Assembly (NCBI GenBank): GCA_001724265.1
Contig: MEDY01000098.1
Coordinates: forward strand, 1 to 64,000
Length of the DNA: 64,000 nucleotides
Direction: 5' to 3'
Origin: Rhizaria sp. SCN 62-66
Taxonomy: Eukaryota
Below, one piece after another: positions 48,303 to 60,884 of the stretch. The first letter of the stretch is position 1; each line of letters begins with the position of its first letter. Below the pieces are notes generated by a model, which did no database searches, had not been told where the DNA came from, and worked only from the letters and a program-made list of their open reading frames with translations. A program made the position numbers and the translations under genes.

Positions 48303-51300
48303 CTGCTGCTGCTGCGACACCGACAGAGAGAGAGACACCTGCCCGCGCGGCGCCTGCTGCTGTTGCTGCGGCTGCGGCGGCGGCTGGCGCGGGGTGGGCA
48401 GCGGCAGCGCCGTCAGCGGGCCCTGACCGAAGATGTCGCGGCTCTCGTTGCCGCTGTCGTCGCCCTGTTCGTCGCTGTCGCTGTCGACCACAAGCACGCC
48501 CACGCTGCCGCTGCTCGTATTCGCGGCGACAGTTGCCACCTTCTTGCCGTTGCCGTTGCTGTCGCCGGTGGTGTGACCGTTGCGGCTCTGGCTCTGGCTT
48601 CGGCTCTGGGAGCGGCTGTCGCTATCGCGTAGGCCATGCTGCGACTGCGCCTGCTGTGCTTGCGCCTGCGACACTGATCGCGACGGCGCCTGCGATTGTA
48701 CTCGCGACATCGGCGGCGACTGCCCCGACCCCTGCGTCAGCAACGCGGCCGTCGCTGCGTCGTACCCAAGCGCGCCGTTCACGCCGGCCAGCCCGGCGCC
48801 GAAGTTGCTACTGGCGTTGGCGAACGTCGGCGGTAACAGCTTGTCGTCGCTCACATCATCCGCGACGTAGGCGAAGACGGCCGCCACGAACGCGGCCAGC
48901 ACTGGGGACGCCGCTGCCGTCGCCGACCCTGCGGCCGAGGACGGGGACGCGGGCGTGGGCGGCTGGTAGCCATAGCCGTGCGAGTAGCCGCCGTAGCCGC
49001 TCCCCGCGTAGTTACTATAGGCGCCGGAAACGGACGTTGAGGCCGAGGCCGAGGACGCCACGCGCGCGGCCGTCGCGGCCGCAGTGACGCGCGGCTCGGC
49101 GGCGTCGAGGGACAGGTCCTGGCGCGCGGCGAGAGCGGAGAAGAAGGCGGAGAACTGAGCCGGCGACAGCGGCTGCGAGGTTGCCTGCTCGAGGGTCTCG
49201 AATGCCATCTGATATGATTATGAAAAGAACAAAAGAGAACAAAAAAAGAGTTAGAGGTGAAGTTACTATGTGCATAGAAAGAATATAAGGATGCTCATGT
49301 GATAGTCAAGATTCATATTGGCATGTTTCCATTTGCGCGATAAATATATTTAAACAAAGTAACAAAGTATGTTTTGTGAGCCTGTCGTACCTTGACGTGA
49401 GCGAGACCGGCGCGCGCGATGAGATAGCTCATGTTGCCCACACTCGCCTGATTCGGCGGCGGCGGCAAGCGCAAAAAGAACTCGAGCCCGACCTTGACGG
49501 CAAAGTCCGCAAACCCCAGCGCGGGCACGCCCGACGAGGCAGCCAATCCGCCGCCGGCGCCGCCGCCGCCGGTGGTTCCGTTGGCGGCCGCGGCGAGTGC
49601 CAGCGCGCGGTCGAGCGCGGCGCCAAAGACGGGGCGCACGCGAAGCTGCGCCGCGGGCTGACCGGCGTAGGCGAGCGACAGCAGCGCGTCGCCGAGGCGC
49701 TCGACGGGCACCACCAGCGGCGGCTGCAGCGCCAGCGACGACTGCAACTGCGACGGCCAGGCGTTATTGCCGCCGCCGTTGTTGGTGAGGTTGTTGCGCG
49801 GCGTGTTGGCGCTGCTGTTGAACGCGAACGTGAAGCCCGCCGGCTTGCCCCCGTTGGAGGGCGAGAACGTGGCCGAACGCGGCGACACGGCGGAAGTCAA
49901 GCCGCCCCATTGGTTCGAAGTAAGGCCGGCACGGGGCGACCCGGGAGTGCTGCCGCTGTTGCCGCCATCGCCGTAGCTGCTGATGTTGCTGCCGCTGCCG
50001 CCAGCGCTGCTAGTGGCAAGCGCCGCGGCGAGGAAAGTCTTGCGGATAACGCTGTACGCGTGCTTGATCGTGTCGTACTGGTCGCCGATCGCGCCCGCGG
50101 CCAGCGCAAGCGCCGAGTCCCACCGCGCGGTCACCGCGGCGGCCGCGGAGGCGGCGGCAGCGGCGGTGGCTTCGGCGGACTGGCCGCTGCCGCCGCCGCC
50201 CGCGCCCAGGCCGAGCCCGACGCCGAAGCCCGCGCCCGCGCCCGCCCCAGAGCTGGAGCCACTACTGCCCCACGACTTGCGCCCGCGGCCGCGCCCGCCG
50301 TGGCTAGACGTCGGCCGCCCGCCGCCGCTGCCGCCGTGACCGTGGCCGTGGCCGTGTGAGTTGGGCCCGTAGCCGTTGGCGGCCAGCAGCAGTGCGCTGC
50401 CGGAGCCAGCGCCAACGGCCGCGGACCGCGAGTTGCGCCTGCTGCCGCTACCCGCGCCCATGCCGCCGCCGCCACCACCGCCCATGCTGTTGTTTGTGAG
50501 GCTGCCGCGGTTCGCGCCGCCGCGCCCAGCGCCGCCGGGCGTCGCCGGTGCTGCTTGTGCTGCTTGTGCTGCGGCCGAGAGACCGAGCAGCGCGGAGGCC
50601 GAGGCGCGGGCCGCGGCGGCGGCGCTGGCCGGGGTCACGCCCAGCGCGTCCGCGAGCAAGCGACTGCGACCGCCACCGGCAGCCTGCTGCTGCTGGAGCT
50701 GCTGCTGTTGTTGCTGGAGCTGGAGCCACTGCGCGGTGGGCTCGTCGTCACCGTGGCCGCCGTGGCCGCCGCGGTTGCGGCTCGGCGCGCGACTGCCGTG
50801 CGCGGTGCTCAGCGGCGTGCTGTTTGCACTGCCGTACACGCTGTGCGCGGTGCCGTACGCACCGAGCGCGCCCATCTGCCCGTGCTGGCCGTGGCCGCCG
50901 TGGCCGCCGCCATCGGCTGCCGCGCCCCAGCGGCCGCGCTTCGCAGGACTCTGCTGCGCCTGCTGCTGGTGGGCCAGCGCGAGGTGCGCGGCCAGGATCG
51001 AGCTGGATGTCAGCGAGAGCTCGGGTGAGAAGACGTGCTCGAAGCTGTTGCTGCTGCCGCCTGGTGCAGTCCCGTTGTAAGCGTTGTTGTACGCAGGGTC
51101 GTTGTACGCGTTGTTGTTGTTATTGTTGCGACTTTGAGCAGCAGCGTTTGTGGGGCCAGAGGTGTTATTGACAATGACCGTAGCGACAGCGGCGGCGGCG
51201 CGCGCAGCGTTGGCGGCGGCGCGCGGTGGCAGCGGGGCGACTGTGGGCTGCGCGTTAGGCGCAGTATGCTTACCACGAGCACTGCTGCTTCCACTCGCAC

Positions 51301-54300
51301 CAGCAGCACCAGCAACAGCGGAGGAATTAGCGTTGCCGTTGCCGCTGCTGTTACTGTTCGCGTTCGTATTGGAGCCTCCGGCCACAGCGCCCACGGTCGG
51401 CGCGGGCCTGTGCTGACCAGCAGAGCCGTCGCTCACACTCACTCCAGAACCAGCGTTGTAATTGTGATGATTATTGTTATTATTCGCTGATCCGGTGGCA
51501 CGGCCACTGCGCTGCTGCGAGATCGCGGGCAGCGTGGGCACAGGAGCAGAGTTGCTCTGACCAGCAGCAGCTTCATTGTAAGCAGGGCCTGAGCGTTGCG
51601 GCTTTGACTGTGCCTGCGACTGTGAATGAGACGGATCTTGCTGCCACGCTCCATCTTGTTGTTGCTGTTGCTGTTGCTGTTGGTGCCACATCTGCTGCTG
51701 TTGCCACTATTGGTCTTGGCCATACTGCTGCTGCTGTTGCTGCTGCTGTTGTTGTGCTTGCTGCGATTGGGATTGTGACTGAGATTGCGCGGTGTTTCTG
51801 GCGGCGGTCTGCGTCAGCGCCCGTGACAGCGACTGCGAGCGTGATTGTGAGAGTGACTGTGAGCGCGCCTGCATGTTGCTCGCATCCATAGCATCAAGCA
51901 ATGCCCGGAGACGGCGTGCACAGGCCTTGCACTCGCCACACATGCACCCAGCGCCATTCCCGTTGCCAACGCCCGCATTGGCTCCGTCGTAGCGGTCATC
52001 GTCACCGTTATCGTCGCCGTTGCTGTTGCTGTCGTCGCCGCACTCGTCGCGCTCGAGTGCGACTGCGGAGTGACCGTGGGCAGCGGGGGTGCGCTGGTGC
52101 CCGTGGGCGCGCGCACGAGGGCCGCCGCGCGAGGGCGTGGCTAGGGACAGCAGACCCTTGGAAGGGTCGAATGTCGCGCTGGCGCCAGACCAACGGTCAG
52201 TTGCACCGGCACCAGCAGTTCCGCCAGCACTTTTATTGTAGTGCGCGTTCCCACCAGCAGGAGCATACTCGCCATCGTTGTTGTTGGTGTTGTCGCCATA
52301 GTCGTCGCCGTAGTAGTCAACGTCATAACCAGTAGCGCCCTTGTTGCTGTTGTTGCTGAAGTGACGGTGGTGATGACTCTGCGCACCAGCGCCAGCGCCA
52401 GAATTAGCGCCGCCAGCAGCGCCTGCAACGCCAGTCTTATTGGCGTTGATCGCAGTGTGACTCGGGGTGTTGGCGAGTCCTCCTGTGCGATTGCTTCCAC
52501 GGGCGCCGCCATTGCCACCGGCACTAGCAGTGGCACCGGCACCAGCACCAGAAGAAGCTGCGGCGTTGATGCGGGGACTCGCGCTAAAGCCGGCACCACC
52601 CACAGTGATCGCCGCTGCAGCGCCAGTGCCGCTGATCACCGCGCCCGGGCTGCTGTTGCTGCCCACACCACCAGTGGCGTTACTGCGCCTGCCTGAGGCC
52701 GTGCCGCCAGTGGGGAGGTTCGTGTTGGCGCCGGCTGCCACAGTTGCGGACTGCGCTGAGGCTGAAGCTGCGCCAGAGCCAGAGGCAGCGGCGACCGAGA
52801 ACGACGGTAGCGGCCGGCGGCGCGAGGGCGACTCAGCGGCCCCGTGGCTAGCAGTTCCGCCGTATGTGAACACACCGCGGACGCGGGGCGTGTGTGCGCC
52901 AGGCGCGAGGCCATGACTCGCGTTCGCGCCGGGGGTTTGCCTCTGCGGCCCACGGTCACTGCGGCCTTTGGCGCCACTGAAACCGCCACTGCCATTGCCA
53001 TTGAAGCTGTTGCTGGCGCTGCTGTTGGAATAGTCATAGTCGTTGTCGCCGTCGTCGTAACCGGCGTCATCGCCGCCGTCGTCTTGATAGTCCTCGAACT
53101 GGCCATCGTTGCCACCGGCTTTGTTACTGGCGAGCAGACTGGAGCCCGGCGCCCTGATGGTGAGGCCGTGAAGCCGCGCCGCCAGCCCCGCCGCACCGCC
53201 CGCATTGCCAGCAACACCACCGCTCGCAGTGGCGCTAGCAGAACCAGTGTTTCCGTTCACATTCGCACTCATGTTCGAGCTGCTGCTGCTGCTGTTGTTG
53301 TTGTAGTTGTTGTTGCCGTTGTTATTCGGGGTGCCAGATGCGCGCATGCGAGACGCCAGCAACGAAGTCGACTGCGCCTGCGACGGGGTCAGCGGCTGCA
53401 ACAGAGCGCCGTTCACTGTACCAGCGCCAATGTTTGTGCCAGAGACAATGTTGGCGCCAGAGTTAGCGCCAGCGGCAGAGGCGGAGAGTGGGCCAGTGAC
53501 CGGGCTCATGGCCGTGGCGGCGACTGCGTGCGCTGTGGCCGTGTGCGCGGCGACGGCGCTGGCGCTGGCGCGGGTGAGATTGCGCAGCGCCGCGATCGGG
53601 CCCAGTCCACCCGCGCCGGCCTTCGCCGCCGCGGCCGAGGACGGCGACGGGGCGGTGCCCGAGGACGCGGAGTGCGGAGATTGGGGAGGCGCGAGGTGCG
53701 GCAAACCGTGATGCTGCTGCTGTTGTTGCTGCTGTTGCTGTTGCTGTTGGTGAGCACCACCGAGCTTCCCTCTGTCGCCTTCAGCCTGGCTTTGGCTATT
53801 GCTGGAGGTGTTTTTGCCGTGCTTAGCAGCGGTGGCCACAGCGTCCGCGATGAATCTTCCGGTCAGCGCCAGAGCCGCGGCCGCAGTGCCAATGAGACAG
53901 CCGGACGTGGCGCTTGATGTCGCGCTCGCCGCGGTCGTGTCGTTCGCGGTCTTCTCATCGTCATGGCCGTTGCTGTCGCCACCGAGGAGTTCGCCACTGC
54001 CGGGCTGTTGCTGCCCAGGAGCGCGGCTCTTGCCTTGATTCACACCCACAGTGTACGCGCCACCAGAGCTGTTACTGCTGTTCTGAGCGTTATTGTTGTA
54101 GTCGAAGTCGGAGTACATCTCATACGGCACCGCGCCGCCCTCGCCCGCAGCGCCGCCACTGTGCCCGTGGCCGTTTTGGCCCGGCCCCTGCGGGTGCGAA
54201 TGCCGGTGACTGGCGCGCACCACCGGCCGGCTCCTCTGCACACCGCCGCCGTTGCCCCTCCCGTCCGCGAGCCGCAAACGGGCGACAAGCGGCACAAGCC

Positions 54301-57300
54301 GGAGAATCAAGTGCGGGTGACTGGGGTGCGCGGGGAGCATCTTTGACCGCGCCAGCATCGAGGCCACAACCGCAGGCAGAGGCAGCCCTTCGCCGACGCC
54401 GGAGCCGGGGGCGGGCGCGCCGGCGTTGAACCGGCTCTGCTGGCCCTGGCCCTGTTGGCTCTGGTTCTGGTTCTGGAACTGCAGCGGCGGCGACGACGCG
54501 GGCAGCGACTGCGGCACGAGTGCGAGCGCGAGGACTGGAAGCAGAGCGGCGGGCGGCAGCGCTTCCTGCAGTAGCAGCGCGCCCACAAGCAGCGGGTCGG
54601 CCGCGGTGGCAGCGGCCACGAGCGCGGTCGCCGCCGCGTCCGTCGCCGTGGCGGCGGCAGCGGCAGCGGTCGCCGCAGAGGCCGCCTGTTGCGTTGCAGT
54701 CGCCGCCGCGACGGGCGCTCCAAACTGCTGCGGTTGCTGTTGCTGTTGGTGCTGGTGTTGGTGCTGAATCTGTTGGTGCTGCTGGTGCTGCTGGTGCTGC
54801 TGCGTGAGGTTCCAGTTGGCGGGCGCCGCGGGCCTCACCGCGGCCGCCGCAGTCGCCACAGCCACGGCGCTGGCGTTGGTGGTGGTGGCGGAGATCTGGA
54901 AGAAAGCGCCCAGCTGCAGCGGCGTAGCGAGCGAGCGCAAGGTGAAGTGCAGCGCAAAGGCCGGGGAAATGTCGCACAGGACCAGGAACGGGCGCGACAG
55001 CAGGCGCAGCGGCGGCAGCACTGCCAGCGCGGGGGACGCGCTCAGCGGCGACACCAGCGGCGCGGCGACCGCAAGCGCAGACGGCTGCGGCGACTGCGAC
55101 TGTGACAGAGAGTGCGCGTGAGACTGGGACTGTGATTGGGCCCGGGAGGGCGGCGGAGAGTGCGAGGGCGGGGGCGGGAGCACCGCGGTGACGGTGAGCA
55201 CGCCGTCGGTGCTTTGCGCCCACAGCAATGCGCTGTCGCTTCCCAGGCTCGCAGTGACAGAGGCGCAGTTGTTGTAGATGGAGCTCAGAGTAGGGTTGTG
55301 GAGTGATTCGGGGAAAATGTAGCCGTTGAACCGGTTTCCAGCCAGTGTAAACGCCACCGACAGCGTGCGGCTCAGCGCAGCGACCATGGGCAGCGCATTT
55401 TTAGCACAATTAGCGTCAGAGTTGCTCAGATCGCTGTAGTTATTGACTGTAGGCACGACGGGGAGCCAGTATCCGTCCGTGATTTGAAGCACAAGACGGC
55501 TACACGCGTGCTCACACGGGTTCGCACTCGCGCCAGCACCAGCAGCGCTCGCGTTGTGCGAGTCGACGCCGCTGTGCATGTTCGCGTTGTCTTCGTGCGG
55601 GAACAGCGCGCGCAGCACGGACATGCCCGCGCCCGCCGCAGTGCCGACGAGCTGCTGCTGCTGCTGGAGCTGCTGCGGCGTCCGGCTCTGCGACGGCGAC
55701 GTTTGCGGCATCGCCTGCGAGAGGAACAACGCGTTGCCGTACAGCAGCGCACCGAGCGCGCCCGTAAGCCGCCCCGAGGGGTGGAAAGTGAGGCCGCAGC
55801 GGGCCTCGATGCCGGCCGCGGAGTAGGGGAGGCGCCGGGCCATCGCCGCCGTGGCCGCAGCGGAGGCCGCGGCCGCGCTGTTGTCGTGGCCGTGCGCGTT
55901 GCTGTTGCTGGAGTTGTAGAGGGCCGAGAAGGCGGACGCGGCGGGCGTAGTGGCAACTGTGAGCGTCGTCGCCAGAGGGAACATCGGCAACTGGTGCTGT
56001 TGCTGTTGTTGCTGGTGTGAGGCGTCTCTGCTCCCCGTTACGACGCTCAACGCACCGGCGTTGGCGTTGTTGCCGTGTCCGGCGTGGTTGTTGTGCGCAA
56101 ACGCAACGGGCACCGATAGGCCCGAGACACCGCGCGGCAGCGGCGCGGCAAAGAGACGCCCCACCGTCGCGCCCACGGTCACGTCGACGGCCTGCGCAAG
56201 AGAAAGCGACTGCATCTGCGACTGTGAGCCATTGTTAAAGCTGTTGCTCTGCGACGACTGTGCCCCCGCAGCAGTGCGCGCGCCAAGTGACTGTGCGCAC
56301 TGGCTGCTTGACTGGACGCACTGGTCGCCTGACTGTGAGCACGCGCACGGCAGAGCAAACACGTCCCAGTTGGGCCTGGCCAGCGGCAGCGCGTGCACCG
56401 CCGCGGCCGCAACTGCTCGCCACTGGTGCACTCCATAACCCGCTCTATTATAGTGCGCGTGTGCGCCGTTGCTGCCGGCGTTCGCGGTGAAGTCGTCTGC
56501 CGTCTGCGAGAGCGCGGCCGCGAGCGCGAGCCGCGATGCGCGCGCGAGCCCAGGCGCCGCGAGCGCGAGCGCACGCGCAGCAAGGCTCTCCTGCTGGGCG
56601 CCCCCAGCTGCCGCGCCCCCAGTCGCCGCGCCCCCAGTCGCCGCGGCCGCGGAGCCACCGCTGCCCACGGTCGCCGGGTCCGTGTAGGGCAGCAGCTGCG
56701 CGAGGTGGCCCATGGCGGCGCCCACGGTCACGACGCTCGCGCGCACAGTCATCGCCGCGTTGGCGCTGCCACTGGCGGCCACGCTGGCGCTGGCAAGCGC
56801 GACGGCGACGGCGACCGCGGCCGCCGCGGTGGCTGTGGCGGAGGTTTTAGCGGCCGTGAGCGCGCGCAAGAGCGTTTCAGACTCGCTAAGGCGCGCGAGT
56901 AGGACGTCGAGGTGCGCGCGCGCGGCCGTGAGCGACCGCGGGGGCCGCCAGTCGGACTGCGGCAGCGGCGCGGGCAGCGGCAGGGGTCCGCCGGTGTGCG
57001 CCGCGGCGCTGTTGCTGTTGATAAGGCTGGCGTTGTTGGCGTTGGTTTCCGAGTCGGCGAACGCGGAGTAGGTCCACACGGGCACGAACGGCGGCATAGC
57101 CGACAGCAAGGCAGACGCACTCTCACTCACAGACCCGGAGTTGCCATTCACGCCAGTGCTGCTCTTGCTGCTATTCATGGTGTTGTTGTTGTTGCTGTTG
57201 TTGTTGTTGGTGAGTGCGAGGACCGTGGCGCCGACGACGCCGGCCTCCGCGCCGGCCCCCGGTCCTGCGCCAGCCGCGCACGCCGCCGCCGCGCCCGCCG

Positions 57301-59152
57301 CGACCACGACGGCCGCTCTGGTCCGCGCCAGCAGCGCCGCGTCGGCGACGAGCTCCAGCCCCTCCTGCACGATTCCGGCGGCCTCGGCTTCGCCCAGCAG
57401 CGCCGCCGCGAGCGGGGCTGCTAGCGCGGCGGGCAGCAGCGGCAGCAGCGCCTTTGCGGCCGCGGCGCGGTCTACCGTCGCGCACGCGGCCGCGGCGCGG
57501 GACAGCGCAAAGGCAGAGCCAGTGTTGTTACTAGCGCTGAACTGGGCGTTGTTGTGGGCGTTGTTCTGGGGGCGCGGGCGCGGGCGCTGCGCGGCGAGCG
57601 CGGCCGCGGCAGTGTGGAGCGTGAGCAGCGACACGAGCAGCGAGAACGACGGCACCGCAGCCGCGGCGGCTGCGGCGCTCCCGGCCGCCAGCGCCGTGCT
57701 TGCGACAGAGCTCAGGTCCACAGGCGCGTGAGTGTTGTTGCTGTTATTGCTGTTGTTAGCATTTGCGTCGGCGTGGGCGTGGGTGAGCGCGTTCGCGTAG
57801 GGGTCTGAGGGTGCGTGGGCGGACGAGTGCGCGGGGGAGTTATGCAGCTGCAGATGCGGCGGGTACATCTGCGCAGTGAACGATGGCGGGAGACAATACG
57901 CTGCGATGAGATCGAGACTGTCTTCCTCTTCTTCTTCGTCCTCGTCCTCGCCCTCACCTTCACTGATCGCGCCGGTTTCCATGCCGCCGCCCAACTCGTG
58001 CTCGTGGCCGTGGGCGGCGGCGGAACCCTTGCCCAGGAGTCCGTGCACGTGCCCGTGGGGGTGACCGCGGGCGGAGTGACCGTGACCGTGGGCGCCGGAC
58101 TTGCCGCCCCAGTCCCACTCGCGGCGCACGAGTGAGCGCACGCCTGCGGGCACGGGGTCGCCTTGCTGCAGAAACGGCTGCTGCTGCTCGAGGTACAGCT
58201 GCTGCTGCAGACCGATGTTCACACTGTTGACAGTGGTGTTGTTGTTGTTCACGTTGTTGTTGCTGTTGTTATTGCTGTTGTTATTGGTGAGAGTGTGGAT
58301 CGTGTTGACGAGGTTATCCACGGCGGCGTCGGCGACGTTCGCCGCGATCACCGCGGACGCCGACGAGTACCCGTGGGTAACACCACCGCCATCGCCGTCA
58401 CCCTGACTGTGGACGCTAGCAGACGGCGCACTCTGTAGTAGGTGCGACTGCGCCTGGAGCGGCGAGAGCGACTTGTGGTTCTGTGGCTTGCTGCTGTTGC
58501 TGCTCTGCCCGGGGACCCTGTTTTGCCCTGGCAGCATCAGCGGCAGCAGCTCTGGCGGCACGTGCGTCGCCGCCTGTCGGCACAGCGATAGCCACGCAGC
58601 GCGCGGCAGCGGCGCGTCCATGCGCAGCGACTGCAGTGCGGCAGAGTCGAGCAGCGCGCGGAAAAACGGCGCGAACGCGGGGACCGTGCCCAACCCGCTG
58701 CCGGCCATCGCGCCCATCAGCGCAGACGTGGACACCGACGCAGAGGATGATGGCGCGGTCACGGTGGCTGCAGCGGTCGCCGCAGCGGTTGTGAGTTGAG
58801 GGGCCAGCGGAAGCGGCGCAGGCAGCGGCAGCAGCGCGCGTGGGCGCGGGGGCAGCGGGCCACAGACGGCAGAGCCAGGGGGCCCGGCTGCGGCGAAGCT
58901 GAGCGACTGCTGGTGTTGCTGGTGTTGCTGTGCGAGAAGTGGGGGCAGCGAGAGCGCGGCAGGATAGAAGCTGCCTGAGGCAAGCAGCCGCAAGCCGTCG
59001 CCAGCAAAGGGACTCTCACTGCACACATAACCCGGCGGGAAAGCAGGCGCGGCAACGGGAGCTGCAGCGGCGGCAGTGCCAGCGGGGTTTGAAGGAGACA
59101 ACCTGAAGGGGCTGCCTGGAACAGCGCCGGCCGGCGCGGTGGGGGCCGACAT
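48063..59152 (-). CDS. Giant low-complexity hypothetical protein (~3635 aa); exons 59152-49391 and 49208-48063; one in-frame TAG
   Basis: ORFs 51707-59425 and 49313-51691 are in one frame, joined by TAG 51707-51709 inside a poly-Gln tract. A GTACGA...CAG intron joins the last exon in phase 0. TGA stop. No confident domain. Confidence 0.75.
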
Positions 59153-59798
59153 GCGCGGCGGAAAGCGCGGGGAGCCGGGAGAAGAGAGCGACGAAGCTGA
59201 GATGGGGCAGGTCGAGTTCTGGCTGAAGATGTGAAGAAGTGGGCGAAGGGCGAGCGGGGCGCGTGGGGATCGGGTGAGTTGAACGGCGATGAAGGGTGTG
59301 CCGATGAAGTGTACTAAAGTGCAATTCTCTACAGGAAAATGTCCGTCTATAGAAAAATAAACTCGCTCAACAAATGGAGCAATTAAAGAATGGTGTTCTG
59401 CAGTAATAAACAGAGCACTGGGCATCAGAGCGTTGAGCTAACCAGGTTTTAGCCGTGCCGTAAAAATAACGTTCGCGAGCTGAGTGACCGTGAGCCAGTG
59501 ACCGTGAGCAACCGCGGCCGCCAAAAGTAGGTCGCACTCGCTGGGAGTGCTCGTCTTGCAGAGCTTCCAGCGGGGCTTATGAGGCACTGGAGAAATTGTG
59601 GATATTATACGTATTTGTATTAGGTTGTGTTCTATTTCGGAATTTGCAATTTTTCTTGTACTACAGTCTCTAGACGTCATACGGCTCCGCTCTTTGACCG
59701 TCCCGATGGCCTCACCGACTACCGTGCTCATTTTCTCTTTTTGTCTTCGCGTCATGCCTTCCTTGTTCTCCTGCCGCTTTTATTCTTCGCACAGACAG

Positions 59799-60884
59799 AT
59801 GTTGAAGCGTGGTCTCTCCGTTGCTCTTCGCGCCGCCCCTTCCGTGAGCCGTATGGCTCCCGTCGCGGCTGCTCCCCTCGCCTTCAGCTCGGCTCTCTCC
59901 CAGGTACGTTGGGTTCTACCCCACCTTGCCGCCGCCTCTCTAGCCAGCGCTCTCTCACTGCTGTCTTAGCAGAGCTAGCAACATTGCAACCGACTAAGGG
60001 CGTTAGTGTCTCTGGTTGCATTCCCCTTATCCATGCTGTCTCTGGTCTATCCCACCAAGTCTCGCTCGAACCCAACCTAGCAACACAACTCGGCGCCGCT
60101 CACATGAACTCCACTCGTTTCTGTCTCTATCTGTTTCTTTCTTTTCTTCGCACTGCCCTTCTTGCATTTCACCCCGCAGCACGTTGACCGCCCGTACAAC
60201 AACAAGAAGACCGCGTTCGACTTCACTGCCGAGAACTACGCCCGCATCGACAAGCTTCTCAAGAAGTTCCCCGCCAACTACAAGCAGTCCGCCATGATGC
60301 CCATGCTCTTCCTCGCCCAGGAGCAGAACAACAACTGGCTCCCGCTTTCGGCCATGGACAAGATTGCCGAGATCCTGGACCTTCCCCCGATCCGCGTGTA
60401 CGAGGTCGCGACCTTCTACACGATGTACAACCGTGAGCCCGTGGGCCGGTTCCACATCCTCGTCTGCGGCACCACCTCGTGCATGGTCATGGGCGCCGAG
60501 GCCGTCAAGGCGGCCGCGAAGCAGTTTGCTGGCGTCGCGCACGACGGCGACATCTCGGCCGATGGCAACTTCTGCATCACCGAGGGTGAGTGCCTCGGCG
60601 CGTGCACCAACGCGCCCATGGTGCAGGTCAACAACCACTGGTTCTACGAGAACCTCACCCCCGACTCGATGCAGCAGGTGATGAAGGACCTCGTCGCCGG
60701 CAAGGCCAAGCCTGGACCGCAGAACGGTCAGCGCGTCGCTGAGGGCCCCGCGGGCAACAAGACGCTGCTGGGCGACGCCGCGTTCCCCAAGTTCCGCGAC
60801 ATTGACGCGCTCATCAAGGAGGTTGATGCCAACAAGAAGAAGCAGGCTGAGGAGGCCGCCGCTGCTGCCGCTGCCAAGAAGTAA
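59799..60884 (+). CDS. NDUFV2: NADH:ubiquinone oxidoreductase 24-kDa subunit (NuoE); exons 59799-59903 and 60180-60884
   Basis: Presequence exon, then HVDRPYNN..FDFT, RVYEVATFYTMY, and 2Fe-2S ligands CGTTSC and ECLGACTNAPM. TAA stop. Confidence 0.96.

Noticed and set aside
632-60884. Apparent clustering of mitochondrial genes (m-AAA protease, NDUFA13-like, PGK, ClpB, NDUFV2)
   Set aside because: They are spread over 60 kb among unrelated genes; no evidence of a functional cluster without a genome-wide baseline.
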